A stretch of 64,000 nt of DNA from an uncultured Spirochaetales bacterium (GTDB taxonomy: Bacteria; Spirochaetota; Spirochaetia; Sphaerochaetales; Sphaerochaetaceae): positions 50 to 64,049 of the forward strand of contig CASFTW010000012.1 in assembly GCA_949297785.1 (NCBI GenBank). The letters are read 5' to 3'. This document shows positions 1 to 10,075 of this stretch, piece by piece. The position numbers were made by a program, and so were the translations under genes. The notes under the pieces are model-generated. The model was not told the DNA's origin, did no database searches, and saw only the letters and a program-made list of their open reading frames with translations. Positions within the stretch are counted from its first letter, which is position 1. Every line of letters begins with the position of its first letter.

Positions 1-20
1 AGAGGAAGGTTGAGGATTAG

Positions 21-656
21 ACTATAGTCCCGCAAATTGAGGTTTCTTTAATAAACATAATTTCTTTTGCTCTTGCTCTTATACTTACAAGTGGCATCCC
101 ATTCCAGAACATATTCCGTACTGTTTATTTCATGCCTAATCTTATTGGAGGTATTATTCTGGGATGGATATGGCAAATCATTATAAATGGTGTGCTTGTA
201 CATTTTGACCAGACGATTCTGTCTAAAGGGATTTATGGTTTCTGGGGTATTGTCATTATGGCAAGCTGGCAGAACATTGGTTATATGATGGTCATATATA
301 TAGCAGCTTTGCAGACAGTTAATACTGATATTATTGAAGCTGCTGAAATAGATGGTGCCAGCAGATTCAGAATTTTGAGAAGTATTACAATCCCATCTAT
401 AATGCCGTCAATTACCATTTGCTTATTCATGACAATTACAAATAGCTTTAAGACTTACTCCCAAAATCTAGCATTGACTGCAGGCCAGCCAAACCACCAA
501 ACAGAGATGGTTGCCTTAAATATTTATGACACATTCTATTCTCGTATCGGTTTTGAGGGTGTAGCCCAAGCAAAAGCTGTTGTTTTTACTTTAGTCGTTG
601 CAATTATATCTCTTCTACAGCTTTTTTTGACAAGACGTAAGGAGGTGGAAAATTGA
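21..656 (+). pseudogene. Carbohydrate ABC transporter permease (MsmF/MalF-like), 5'-truncated
   Basis: Frame is open upstream of the track ATG (…VSLINIISFALALILTSGIPFQNIFRTVYFMPN…) back to a TAG at 18-20. All three + frames have stops within 1-40. EAA loop (IIEAAEIDGASRF) present; N-terminal helix absent. Confidence 0.65.
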
Positions 657-1492
657 GATCAAATCAGTTTTCGGTCGAAAAAGTTATTCTAATGATATTG
701 CTTGTGGTTTATGCTGCATTCGTTATAATTCCAATTGTTGTTGTCTTGTATAACTCATTTAAAGGAAATTTGTTTATAACTGATAATCCATTCGCCTTAC
801 CGACAGAAGAAAGTTTCAGTGGATTTTCAAACTATGTTCTTGGTTTACATCGAACGGATTTCTTTCATGCTTTTTTCTATACAGTTTGGGTTACATGTGC
901 ATCTGTTATTTTAATTGTGATATTTAATAGTATGCTTGCATATTATATTACAAGAGTAAAAAATATTATTAGCAAGGTTGTTTTCTTTCTGCTTGTATTT
1001 TCTATGGTTGTTCCATTTCAGATGGTAATGTATCCTATGAGCAAATTTGCTAATATGATACATCTTGATAATCTACTGGGTGTTGTCATTCTGTATATCG
1101 GATTTGGTACAGGTTTATCTACCTTTATGTTCAGTGGATTCATTAAAAGTATCCCGACATCAATGGATGAAGCAGCTTTTATTGATGGCGCTACAACAAG
1201 ATGTACTTTTTTTCATATAATATTTCCTATGTTAAAAAGTATTTCAATTACAATAGCTATATTGAATACTATGTGGATATGGAATGACTATCTGTTGCCT
1301 TATTTGACCATTGGAACAGAATATAGGACAATTCAGGTTGCGATTCAATATCTTCGTGGTGGATATGGTTTTGTCGATATGGGTGCAATGATGGCAATGC
1401 TTGTGCTTGCTATGATTCCTGTTATTGTATTTTACCTTATCTGTCAAAAAAATATAATTCAGGGGGTATTGGCAGGTGCCATCAAAGAGTGA
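653..1492 (+). CDS. Carbohydrate ABC transporter permease (MsmG/MalG-like)
   Basis: EAA motif MDEAAFIDGA, WIWNDYLLP, six hydrophobic segments; TTG start overlaps the upstream stop. Confidence 0.93.
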   Translation: MRSNQFSVEKVILMILLVVYAAFVIIPIVVVLYNSFKGNLFITDNPFALPTEESFSGFSNYVLGLHRTDFFHAFFYTVWVTCASVILIVIFNSMLAYYITRVKNIISKVVFFLLVFSMVVPFQMVMYPMSKFANMIHLDNLLGVVILYIGFGTGLSTFMFSGFIKSIPTSMDEAAFIDGATTRCTFFHIIFPMLKSISITIAILNTMWIWNDYLLPYLTIGTEYRTIQVAIQYLRGGYGFVDMGAMMAMLVLAMIPVIVFYLICQKNIIQGVLAGAIKE

Positions 1493-2561
1493 TAGAAATC
1501 ACAAAAAGATAACAGCGGCAGATATAGCGAGAGAAAGCGGTTACAGTCTGACAGCGGTTTCATTTGCATTTAACAAACCTACACGAATCAGTACTGAAGT
1601 AAGAGAAAAGATATTGGAAGCAGCAGATAGGTTGGGGTATACACCTGATCCAGGTGCAAGGAAGTTCGCAATGGGAAGACAGCTGGCAATTGGTTTTCTT
1701 TTGCCGCAGGAAGCGGACTCAACTATGTCTAATCCGTATATACTTGGTATATTACGTGGAGTCGTAAAAGTATGTGAAACTAAAGCTTATACATTAAGTA
1801 TTCTTCCTCCAATTAAATCAAGTATCAATAAAGCGATACAAAATGCGGCTGTTGATGGCTTTATAACTGTAGGTCTAACAATCACAGATAAAATCAAACA
1901 GAATTTTGACAGAAGAGGATTGCCTATCGTAACAATTGGTGGTGATATAACGGATGATATAACAAATATCAACATTGACGATGAAGCTGCGGGAAAACTC
2001 ATTGTTGAAAAAGCAATAGAGTTTGGACATCGGGAATTTGTTTTTGTTATGCTTAAAGATCCGATATATGGTGATGAATATTATAAAAGTTCGGTAATGC
2101 AAAGACGTACTTCCGGGTATAAAAAAGCACTAGAAGAAAATGGTTTATTATGGTCTGAAGATCGTGTTGTCAAAGTTGATTCGACAATATCAGGCGGGTA
2201 TGAAGCAGCAAAAATACTTTTTGAACAACATGATGTAATGTTTTCATGTATTGTATCATCTGCTGACATTATTTCACTTGGAATTCTTAGATACGCAAAT
2301 GATACAGGTATAGATATTCCAGAGCAGTATTCTCTTGTTAGTTTCGATGGTATTGATGAGCCGTTTGGACAGTATAATCTTACAACAATAGTTCAGGCTC
2401 CGGAGTCTAAAGGTCAGCTTGCCGCAGAGACTATATTTGAACTTATAGATAATCAGGTAACTGCCTCTGGTTCTATTACTTTTCCATTTACGTATCAAAA
2501 AGGAAATACACTGGGACCGTGCCCTTTAAATATTTTAGACAAGAAGGTTTATCATGAATAA
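1476..2561 (+). CDS. LacI-family transcriptional regulator
   Basis: N-terminal HTH ITAADIARESGYSLTAVSFAFN, hinge LGYTPDPGAR, C-terminal IPEQYSLVSFDG/LTTIVQ. Confidence 0.93.
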   Translation: MPSKSDRNHKKITAADIARESGYSLTAVSFAFNKPTRISTEVREKILEAADRLGYTPDPGARKFAMGRQLAIGFLLPQEADSTMSNPYILGILRGVVKVCETKAYTLSILPPIKSSINKAIQNAAVDGFITVGLTITDKIKQNFDRRGLPIVTIGGDITDDITNINIDDEAAGKLIVEKAIEFGHREFVFVMLKDPIYGDEYYKSSVMQRRTSGYKKALEENGLLWSEDRVVKVDSTISGGYEAAKILFEQHDVMFSCIVSSADIISLGILRYANDTGIDIPEQYSLVSFDGIDEPFGQYNLTTIVQAPESKGQLAAETIFELIDNQVTASGSITFPFTYQKGNTLGPCPLNILDKKVYHE

Positions 2562-3900
2562 AATGAATGTAATATATTTGCATACTCATGACAGTGGGAG
2601 ATATATCAGTCCTTATGGTTATAACGTTCCTACTCCCAATCTTAGATTATTTGCAAATGATAGTACAACATTTCGAAAATGCTTTTGTGCAGCTCCTACT
2701 TGCTCGCCCAGCAGGGCTGCAATGCTTACAGGACAAACTCCTCATCAGAATGGGATGCAAGGACTTGTTAACCGTGGCTGGCATTTATGTGATAATAGGA
2801 AGCATATTGCTTCGTTTTTGTCATCGCATGGATATGAAACAGTTCTTTGTGGTATGCAGCATGAAGGAAGTTCCTGGTCTGAATTAGGATATCAGAGATT
2901 TATTGGGCATAGTGAAAGTGAAAAAATGGACAGGGTAACATGGGATCTTGAAAATACTGACTATGCAGTAGATTATCTTATGAAACATGATCCTGCAAAG
3001 CCTTTTTTCCTTTCCATGGGATGGTTCAATACACATAGACCATATCCTAAAGCAGGCAAGGAAATTAATAGTGATTTTATACAGGTTCCAGCGATTTTGC
3101 CAGATTGTGATATTGTTAGAAAAGATATGGCTGATTATATGGAATCAGTGTGTGTTGTTGATAAATGCTTTGGCAAAATATATGAAGCAATTAAAAAACT
3201 TGGACTTCTTTCCAATTCAATTATTTTTTTTACTACTGACCATGGAATTGCATTTCCTCAAATGAAATGTAATCTTTTTGACAGTGGGATTGGCGTTAGC
3301 CTGATGTTTGCATATCCTGATAACAAGATGAAAGGGCATGCGGTTGATTCTCTTGTTAGCCATTATGATGTTTTTCCTACAATCTGTGATATTCTTGGAC
3401 TTAACAGGCCACATTGGTTGTGTGGAACGAGTTTTGTTGAGATTATGCGGGGTGAGAAAAACGAAGTAAGAAATGAAATATTTGCAGAAGTTACATATCA
3501 TGCATCATACGAGCCTAAAAGGTGTATAAGAACAAATAGGTACAAATATATTAAATGTTTTTATTCTCAAAATATTATTCCTGCAAATATAGATGAGAGT
3601 CCATCAAAAAAATATCTGATTGGAAATGGATTTTTAGATTTTGAGAAAAAAAGAGAACTTCTTTTTGATACTGTTCTTGATCCTATGGAGAGAATAAATC
3701 TTGCAGATAATCCAGAATATAATGACATAAAGGAAAGCCTCTCAGCAAAACTGCACGACTGGATGAAACAAACCGATGATCCGTTGCTGATTTCAAATAA
3801 CATACCTAAACCAGTAGGAGCTCTAGTAAACAAATGGTCTTGTGTAAATCCAGAAATGGAAGATTATATTCTGCCTGATAATTCAGATTACAAATACTGA
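2554..3900 (+). CDS. Formylglycine-dependent sulfatase (Cys-type, sulfamidase-like)
   Basis: CxPxR signature TCSPSRAAMLTG, N-terminal HTHD metal site, TDHG…FP..K.NLFD.G motif. Confidence 0.92.
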   Translation: MNKMNVIYLHTHDSGRYISPYGYNVPTPNLRLFANDSTTFRKCFCAAPTCSPSRAAMLTGQTPHQNGMQGLVNRGWHLCDNRKHIASFLSSHGYETVLCGMQHEGSSWSELGYQRFIGHSESEKMDRVTWDLENTDYAVDYLMKHDPAKPFFLSMGWFNTHRPYPKAGKEINSDFIQVPAILPDCDIVRKDMADYMESVCVVDKCFGKIYEAIKKLGLLSNSIIFFTTDHGIAFPQMKCNLFDSGIGVSLMFAYPDNKMKGHAVDSLVSHYDVFPTICDILGLNRPHWLCGTSFVEIMRGEKNEVRNEIFAEVTYHASYEPKRCIRTNRYKYIKCFYSQNIIPANIDESPSKKYLIGNGFLDFEKKRELLFDTVLDPMERINLADNPEYNDIKESLSAKLHDWMKQTDDPLLISNNIPKPVGALVNKWSCVNPEMEDYILPDNSDYKY

Positions 3901-3929
3901 TGCATCATTCCCTATAATTGAATTTTAAT

Positions 3930-3965
3930 AATGGTCAGATCTGGTATCCTCTCAATCTGACCATT
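3930..3965. terminator. Inverted repeat between convergent sulfatase and rpiB; probable bidirectional terminator
   Basis: AATGGTCAGAT (3930-3940) / ATCTGACCATT (3955-3965): 11-bp perfect stem with AT-rich flanks. Confidence 0.65.
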
Positions 3966-3972
3966 TTGTATT

Positions 3973-4422
3973 TCAGGCCTCAATATTCTCCAGTGCCATG
4001 AGCTTTTCGATTCTTCTTGTGTGTCGTCCGCCTTCAAAGTCAGCATTTATGAAGGCATCCAGCATATCCTCAACGCTGTCACGGTAATCCATCCTTCCTC
4101 CGAAGGCGATGAAAGAGGGATTGTTGTGTCTTTTTGTCATCTCAGCTGAATACTTATCGCAGACGAGGGCACACCTGATTCCCCTTATCTTGTTGGCAGC
4201 CATGCTTATGCCGATTCCTGTCCCGCAGCATACGACACCGAATTCGTAGCCTCCTTTCAGGTATTCAAGACATGCCTCCTCTGCCTTGTCGGGGTAGTCA
4301 ACGGATTCCTCTGTTGCTGTACCGAGATATGTGACTTCATATCCTCTGTTTTCAAGATGCCTTACTATTCTCTGTGCAAGCTCTACTGCACCGTGATCAT
4401 TCGCAACAACGACTTTAGCCAT
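3973..4422 (-). CDS. rpiB: Ribose-5-phosphate isomerase B
   Basis: ANDHGA, VDYPD, CGTGIGISMAANK, HNN, FEGGRHTRRI motifs; start taken at MAKVV (ATG 4422) after AAGGA. Confidence 0.96.
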   Translation of the reverse strand: MAKVVVANDHGAVELAQRIVRHLENRGYEVTYLGTATEESVDYPDKAEEACLEYLKGGYEFGVVCCGTGIGISMAANKIRGIRCALVCDKYSAEMTKRHNNPSFIAFGGRMDYRDSVEDMLDAFINADFEGGRHTRRIEKLMALENIEA

Positions 4423-4480
4423 TCTATATCCTTGAGTTTTGATTTCACTCAGTTTAACATAAGATGTACAGGAAGAAAAC

Positions 4481-6109
4481 ATGGCCCAGATTTATGTAAG
4501 CGGACACCGCAATCCCGATATGGATTCAATTGCATCTGCAATTGCGTATTCAAGACTCAAGAATATTCTCGATGGTGAAAACCAGTATGTTCCGATAGCG
4601 CTCGGACCTCTCAACGTGCAGTCAAAGGCGATTCTTGAAGGACTTGGCATTCCGTCTCCGCTTTTTGTCAAGGATGTCTTCAGCCGCGTGTGTTCCGTAT
4701 ACAGAAAGCCCACAATGGTTCTCGATCCCGCCGATCCTGTGTATGAACTGGTGAATATGTATAATCAGAACAATCCTTCCGTCGTCACGATAATGGACGG
4801 TGATGAGTTCCGCGGACTTCTGTCAATTGATGAGATCAATCGTTATTTCCTCAGGGAAAACACAGGCCAGAGACCGGTTTATGATATCCTTTTGAAGAAC
4901 ATTCCCCGTGTCATCAAAGGGTTCTTCCTGAAAAAAGGCGGACAGGAGATGATTCATGCAGCAATCATGGTGGGTGCCATGGACTACAAGGTGTTCTGCC
5001 GCCGTCTGTCTGAATGTGGGACGAAGCCTGTGCTCGTCGTTGGAAACAGGCTTGACCATATAAAAGCCGCACTTGATGCCGGTCTTCCGGGGCTGATCCT
5101 GACAGGCATGAGTGAAGACGGACTCCAGCAGATCGATCTGAGCCATTACGACGGATTCGTCTATGTATCCCATGAGGATACTGCAGAGACAATAAGACTG
5201 CTGCGTCTTTCTGTTGCTGTCGATACCCTTCTGGTGCACAAGAATACACTCAGAATAACTGATGACATGCTTTTCGAAACCGCCAAGGGAATTCTTGCGG
5301 AAAGCGAGGAGAGAGGCCTTCCTGTTTATTCCCATGAGAGCGGTGAGTACATTGGTTTCATCACAAGACGCTGCTTTTTAAATATGCCGAGGCAGAAGAT
5401 AATTCTGGTCGACCACAATGAGGCGATGCAGTCGGTACCTGGACTTGAAGATGCCGAGATAGTGGAAATCCTTGACCATCACAGGCTGGATGCACCGAAG
5501 ACACGCAATCCGATTTCCATAATTGCCTCTCCCGTCGGTTCTACATGCACGATTGTCTATGATCTGTATCAGAGGCACAGTGCTGATCTTGACGAGCCTA
5601 CCGCAAGACTCCTGCTTGCAGGCATCTCTTCTGATACCGTGATGCTGAAAAGCCCCACGGCAACTTCTCTTGACATGCATGCGGTCAGCGAGATCTGTTC
5701 GGCCTTCAGCATTGACTATGATGCATTCTGCAGGGAGCTTTTCTCAAACGGCTCATCGCTGTCTTCCCTTGATCCTGCAAAGGCCGTGTCTTCCGATTTC
5801 AAGATATACAGCGAGTGTGCGGTGCGTTTCGGCATCGGACAGGTTGAAGTCACGACATTCTCTGACCTGAGTGATGTAAGGGACAGGTATCTTGCTGCCC
5901 TTGAGAGTCTGAAGAAAGCTGAGAAACTTGAGTGGACGATGCTGCTTGTCACGAATGTGATGAGCGAGGAGTCAATGCTGATCGCCACTGAGTACAAGAA
6001 AAACTACAAACTGCTGTATGAGGAAAGGGAGAAGGGTGTGTATTACCTTCCCGGGGTGCTTTCAAGAAAGAAGCAGCTGCTTCCCGAGATCATAAGAGTC
6101 CTTTCCTAG
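4481..6109 (+). CDS. ppaC: Family II Mn-dependent inorganic pyrophosphatase with CBS-DRTGG insert
   Basis: GHRNPDMDSIASA, LVDHNE, ILDHH, PVGSTCTI, SDT..LKSPT, DFK and LSRKKQ motifs; central CBS/DRTGG region. Confidence 0.93.
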   Translation: MAQIYVSGHRNPDMDSIASAIAYSRLKNILDGENQYVPIALGPLNVQSKAILEGLGIPSPLFVKDVFSRVCSVYRKPTMVLDPADPVYELVNMYNQNNPSVVTIMDGDEFRGLLSIDEINRYFLRENTGQRPVYDILLKNIPRVIKGFFLKKGGQEMIHAAIMVGAMDYKVFCRRLSECGTKPVLVVGNRLDHIKAALDAGLPGLILTGMSEDGLQQIDLSHYDGFVYVSHEDTAETIRLLRLSVAVDTLLVHKNTLRITDDMLFETAKGILAESEERGLPVYSHESGEYIGFITRRCFLNMPRQKIILVDHNEAMQSVPGLEDAEIVEILDHHRLDAPKTRNPISIIASPVGSTCTIVYDLYQRHSADLDEPTARLLLAGISSDTVMLKSPTATSLDMHAVSEICSAFSIDYDAFCRELFSNGSSLSSLDPAKAVSSDFKIYSECAVRFGIGQVEVTTFSDLSDVRDRYLAALESLKKAEKLEWTMLLVTNVMSEESMLIATEYKKNYKLLYEEREKGVYYLPGVLSRKKQLLPEIIRVLS

Positions 6110-8112
6110 TCGATACCCTGGATTTTTATTATCGTGGGGAGCTGTCTGATCGATGTGAGCATCTTCCTCATTTCTATCTCATTGTTGGCACTGACCGTGA
6201 AGGTTCCTGAAAGACCTTCCGGACATACATCAAGAGAACCTGCGATGAGACGACCGTTGTATTTCTTGACGGCTCCGTCGATTTCACCGAAAAGCTCTGC
6301 ATTCATTTTCGCAGTGACCTTGAAGCGGCGCACAAGTTCATGGCTGTCCCATTCGACAGGCACAAGACGTTTGTCCGCCTCCGCCATGTTTGCAAGGTTC
6401 TTGCAGTCCTTGCGGTGTATGACATAGCCGCGTCCCCTGGTGACATAGGCTACAATGTCATCACCGTATACTGGATTGCAGCATTTCGCGAAGTCGAAGA
6501 GAATGTTGCTGTTGTTGTTTATGATGACTGTAGAGCTTGATTTTTCCGTGGGAATGAACTTGATGCCCTGCATCAGAGGTATGATCGGCTTGAGCGGCTG
6601 TGCCTGTTCAGCCGGTTTATCATCCTTCTTCTTCTCATTCTGTGCCGGCTGTACATTCTGGTTCTTGTTCAGCCATGCCATGATTTTCTTCCTTGCGGAA
6701 GATGTCTTGGCCATTTCCAGCCATTCATGATGGGGGTGGGCGGAAGGGGATGTGAGAATCTCCACAACCTGGGTGTTGCCAAGCGGCTTGCTTAACGGAA
6801 TGATTGAGCCGTCCGCCTTTGCACCGGTTGTATGCACCCCGATCTCAGTGTGGATCTTGAAAGCAAAATCCAGTGCGGTCGCGCCTACCGGAAGCTCGAT
6901 GACCCTTCCCTGAGGAGTGAAGACGACGATGGAATCCTTCAGTAGCTCGTTCTTGATTTCATCCATATAGTCTTCGTTCTGCTCGATTTCCTTTGACCAG
7001 TTCTTTATCTTGTTAATGATCTTCTGGTAGTTGACGCTGTCGTAATTCTTCCATGTTCCGGATTCAGAGCCGGTTGAGGCTTTGTAGGACCAGTGTGCGG
7101 CAACGCCTTCCTCCGCCGTCTTGTCCATTTCCCTTGTCCTGATCTGGATTTCAAGATGCTTGTTGTTCGGACCGAGAACAGTTGTATGGAGACTCTGGTA
7201 GTTGTTGGTTTTCGGCATTGCTATGTAGTCTTTGAATCTGCCTTCGATCGGAGGCCATGTCTGGTGGATTATTCCGAGAATTGTATAGCATTCGCTGACA
7301 GTGTCGCAGATGACACGCACACCGAGAACATCGAAGATCTCATCGATTTCCTTTTTCCTGCGCTTTATCTTCAGATATACGGAATAGACATGCTTTACAC
7401 GTCCTTTTACCGACACATTTGTGATTCCGGCCTTGGCGCATGCGAGAAGGATGGATTTCTGCACGCCTTTGATGTAGGCATTGTATTCGCCTTTCTTGGA
7501 GAGGAGAAAGTCGGAAATATACTGGTAGGTGTCGGGCTTGAGCGTCTTGAGAGAAAGATCCTCAAGCTCGGTCTTCATCCATGAAATACCGAGGTTGCCG
7601 GCAAGAGGGGCAAAGATGTCAAGGCAGTCCTGTGCGATTTCCTTCTGTCTCTGTGGTGCGAGGGATGAGAGTGTCCTCATATTGTGAAGCTTGTCGGAAA
7701 GCTTGATTATTATAACCCTCATGTCCTTTCCCATGGCAAAGAACATCTTTCTTATCGTCTCGGCTTCCTGAAGGCTCTTTGACTCGCTTTTCAGTTTTGA
7801 GATTTTAGTCACTCCGTCAACCATCTGGGCGACTTCCGCTCCGAAGCGGTCCTCGATATCCTTCAGCGTGGCATCTGTATCCTCAACCACATCATGAAGC
7901 AGTCCCGCGCAGATCGTGTCGGCATCCATGCCGAGCTGGATGAGAATCGAGCCTACGGCAAGAGGGTGAATGATATAAGGCTCGCCGCTTTTCCTCTTCT
8001 GATCACCGTGCAGCTCGTCCGCATATACAGCCGCGGAGAGTATTTTCTCCTGGTCCTCCCTGGGGTACTGGAAGGCTTTCTGATAGAATTTCTGGACTAG
8101 CTGCTCATGCAT
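6106..8112 (-). CDS. rel: Bifunctional (p)ppGpp synthetase/hydrolase Rel (HD, SYNTH, TGS, Cys-rich, ACT)
   Basis: RKSGEPYIIHP, LLHDVVED, YQSLHT, EIQIRT, TGS (LPVGATALDFAF), AKCCNPVYGD..HRKDC. Confidence 0.96.
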   Translation of the reverse strand: MHEQLVQKFYQKAFQYPREDQEKILSAAVYADELHGDQKRKSGEPYIIHPLAVGSILIQLGMDADTICAGLLHDVVEDTDATLKDIEDRFGAEVAQMVDGVTKISKLKSESKSLQEAETIRKMFFAMGKDMRVIIIKLSDKLHNMRTLSSLAPQRQKEIAQDCLDIFAPLAGNLGISWMKTELEDLSLKTLKPDTYQYISDFLLSKKGEYNAYIKGVQKSILLACAKAGITNVSVKGRVKHVYSVYLKIKRRKKEIDEIFDVLGVRVICDTVSECYTILGIIHQTWPPIEGRFKDYIAMPKTNNYQSLHTTVLGPNNKHLEIQIRTREMDKTAEEGVAAHWSYKASTGSESGTWKNYDSVNYQKIINKIKNWSKEIEQNEDYMDEIKNELLKDSIVVFTPQGRVIELPVGATALDFAFKIHTEIGVHTTGAKADGSIIPLSKPLGNTQVVEILTSPSAHPHHEWLEMAKTSSARKKIMAWLNKNQNVQPAQNEKKKDDKPAEQAQPLKPIIPLMQGIKFIPTEKSSSTVIINNNSNILFDFAKCCNPVYGDDIVAYVTRGRGYVIHRKDCKNLANMAEADKRLVPVEWDSHELVRRFKVTAKMNAELFGEIDGAVKKYNGRLIAGSLDVCPEGLSGTFTVSANNEIEMRKMLTSIRQLPTIIKIQGID

Positions 8113-8960
8113 TATTCTCTCTCTCCGCTTACTACTCTTTCCCTTCCCGCAAGATCCTTTGCAATACGGACACGGGTGAAGCCGTTTTGGCTAATTATCT
8201 CGCTAAGTGCGCTTGTCTGTCTATAGTCGCACTCAATTGCAAGCAGACCTCCTCTGACAAGGTGCCCTGCAGCACTTGAGGCAATTTTCCTGCACAGTCC
8301 GAGCCCGTCCCCGTCTTCGTCAAAGAGTGCAATGTACGGCTCCTTCCTCACTTCCGGTGAAAGGGTTTCGAGGAAGTCTTTTCTTATATACGGAGGATTC
8401 GAGACGATCACATCGAAATTACTGTCCTCAATGTTTTCAAAAAGATCACTGTGTATGAAATTCACCTGAAGAGAAGGAGGAAGCAGTGCCTTTGCGTTTG
8501 TCTTGGCGCATTCAAGAGCCTTTCTGCTTATATCGCACAGTGTCAGAGATGAGACAGATGCGTTTGCCGCTATCGCAATGCCCGCACATCCCGTACCGGT
8601 GCACATATCAAGTATCTTCGCATCCTGCCTGCCGTTCAGGAACTCAAGTGCAGTCTCTACAAGAGTCTCGGTGTCGGGGCGGGGAATGAGCGTGTCGGAT
8701 GTGACCGTGAAATCGAGGCCGTAGAATTCCCTGTGACCCGTTATGTATGAAAGAGGAGTGTGTGAACATCTTTCTTCCACGGCAGAGAGAACTTTTCTCA
8801 CATCAGATTCTTCTATTTCTTTCTCACTTTCCAGAATCTGCCTTGTTTTTGAAAGTGAGAGAAAATGGGAAAAGAGGACCTGAACTTCAAGATACGGAAG
8901 TTCGATGCCCTCCTGTGCAAGCCTGGCGGCTGCAGTCTCCTTCAGTTCCCTCAGTTTCAT
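8112..8960 (-). CDS. prmC: Release factor glutamine methyltransferase
   Basis: LIPRPDTE, DMCTGTG, SNPPY; directly downstream of prfA. Confidence 0.96.
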   Translation of the reverse strand: MKLRELKETAAARLAQEGIELPYLEVQVLFSHFLSLSKTRQILESEKEIEESDVRKVLSAVEERCSHTPLSYITGHREFYGLDFTVTSDTLIPRPDTETLVETALEFLNGRQDAKILDMCTGTGCAGIAIAANASVSSLTLCDISRKALECAKTNAKALLPPSLQVNFIHSDLFENIEDSNFDVIVSNPPYIRKDFLETLSPEVRKEPYIALFDEDGDGLGLCRKIASSAAGHLVRGGLLAIECDYRQTSALSEIISQNGFTRVRIAKDLAGRERVVSGERE

Positions 8961-10033
8961 ATATTCTTCAGTGCTTCCTCTCCTGCTGCGATCTTCAGCG
9001 GTTCGATCACTTCATCGAGATCTCCGTTTATGATCTGGTCGAGATGGTAGAGTGTGAGGTTTATGCGGTGATCGGTAACCCTGTTCTGGGGGAAGTTGTA
9101 TGTCCTGATACGCTCAGAACGGTCTCCGCTTCCGACCTGGCTTTTCCTTTCAGCGGCTCTTTCCGCTCTCTTGCGGCTTTCCTCCATATCGTAGAGTCTT
9201 GCCCTGAGAACACGCAGTGCCTTGTTCTTGTTCTTCAGCTGGCTTTTCTCGTCCTGCTGGATGACAACGATACCTGTGGGCAGGTGAGTGATTCTTACGG
9301 CGGAATCGGTTGTGTTGACGCACTGTCCGCCCGGACCACCGGCTCTCATCACATCTATCTTGAGATCTTCCTGCCTGATTTCAATATCTGTTTCCTCAGC
9401 TTCGGGAAGAACTGCGACAGTGACAGCCGAGGTGTGGATCCTTCCGCTGGACTCGGTTTCAGGAACCCTCTGGACACGGTGCACTCCGCTTTCGAAACGC
9501 AGGGAGGCATATACATCCTTTCCTGAAATCGAGCATACGATTTCCTTGTAGCCGCCCACACCGCTCTCGCTTGAGTTCATCACCTCGAGCTTCCATCTTT
9601 TGGACTCCGCATAATGGGTGTACATCCTGAAAAGATCGGCAACGAAAAGGGAAGCCTCATCACCGCCGGTTCCGGCTCTTATTTCCATGATGATGTTCTT
9701 GCCGGCAAGCGGATCAGGCGGAATGAGAAGCATCTTGCAGTTCTTCTCCTCCCTGGCGGCATCTTCCTCAAGCTGCGTGAGCTCCTCTTTTGCCATTTCC
9801 TGCATCTCGGGATCACTTTCCGCCCTGATCATTTCCTTCGCCTCTTCGATCTGGCTGAGGATTGAAGCAAGATTCCTCAGGCTGTCGACGATCGGTGCGA
9901 TGCGGCTTCTCTCCTGAGTCAGTTCTGCATATTTCTTCATGTCCTTCATCACAGTGCTGTCGGAAAGTGCGCTGTCTATCGACTCAAGCTGCGATTCGAA
10001 GTCCTTAAGTTTTTCTACCATATGATTCTCCAC
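8957..10033 (-). CDS. prfA: Peptide chain release factor 1
   Basis: GGQ motif (GGPGGQCVNTTDSAVR), HRVQRVPETE (PxT), RTYNFPQNRVTDHRI. Confidence 0.97.
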   Translation of the reverse strand: MENHMVEKLKDFESQLESIDSALSDSTVMKDMKKYAELTQERSRIAPIVDSLRNLASILSQIEEAKEMIRAESDPEMQEMAKEELTQLEEDAAREEKNCKMLLIPPDPLAGKNIIMEIRAGTGGDEASLFVADLFRMYTHYAESKRWKLEVMNSSESGVGGYKEIVCSISGKDVYASLRFESGVHRVQRVPETESSGRIHTSAVTVAVLPEAEETDIEIRQEDLKIDVMRAGGPGGQCVNTTDSAVRITHLPTGIVVIQQDEKSQLKNKNKALRVLRARLYDMEESRKRAERAAERKSQVGSGDRSERIRTYNFPQNRVTDHRINLTLYHLDQIINGDLDEVIEPLKIAAGEEALKNI

Positions 10034-10075
10034 AGATTTTAACTAGATGAATATATCAGAGGGAGAGCGCTTGGT

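Noticed and set aside
9320-9345. GGQC rather than GGQH/GGQS in RF1
   Set aside because: The GGQ is intact and the next residue is variable; no functional claim is supportable.
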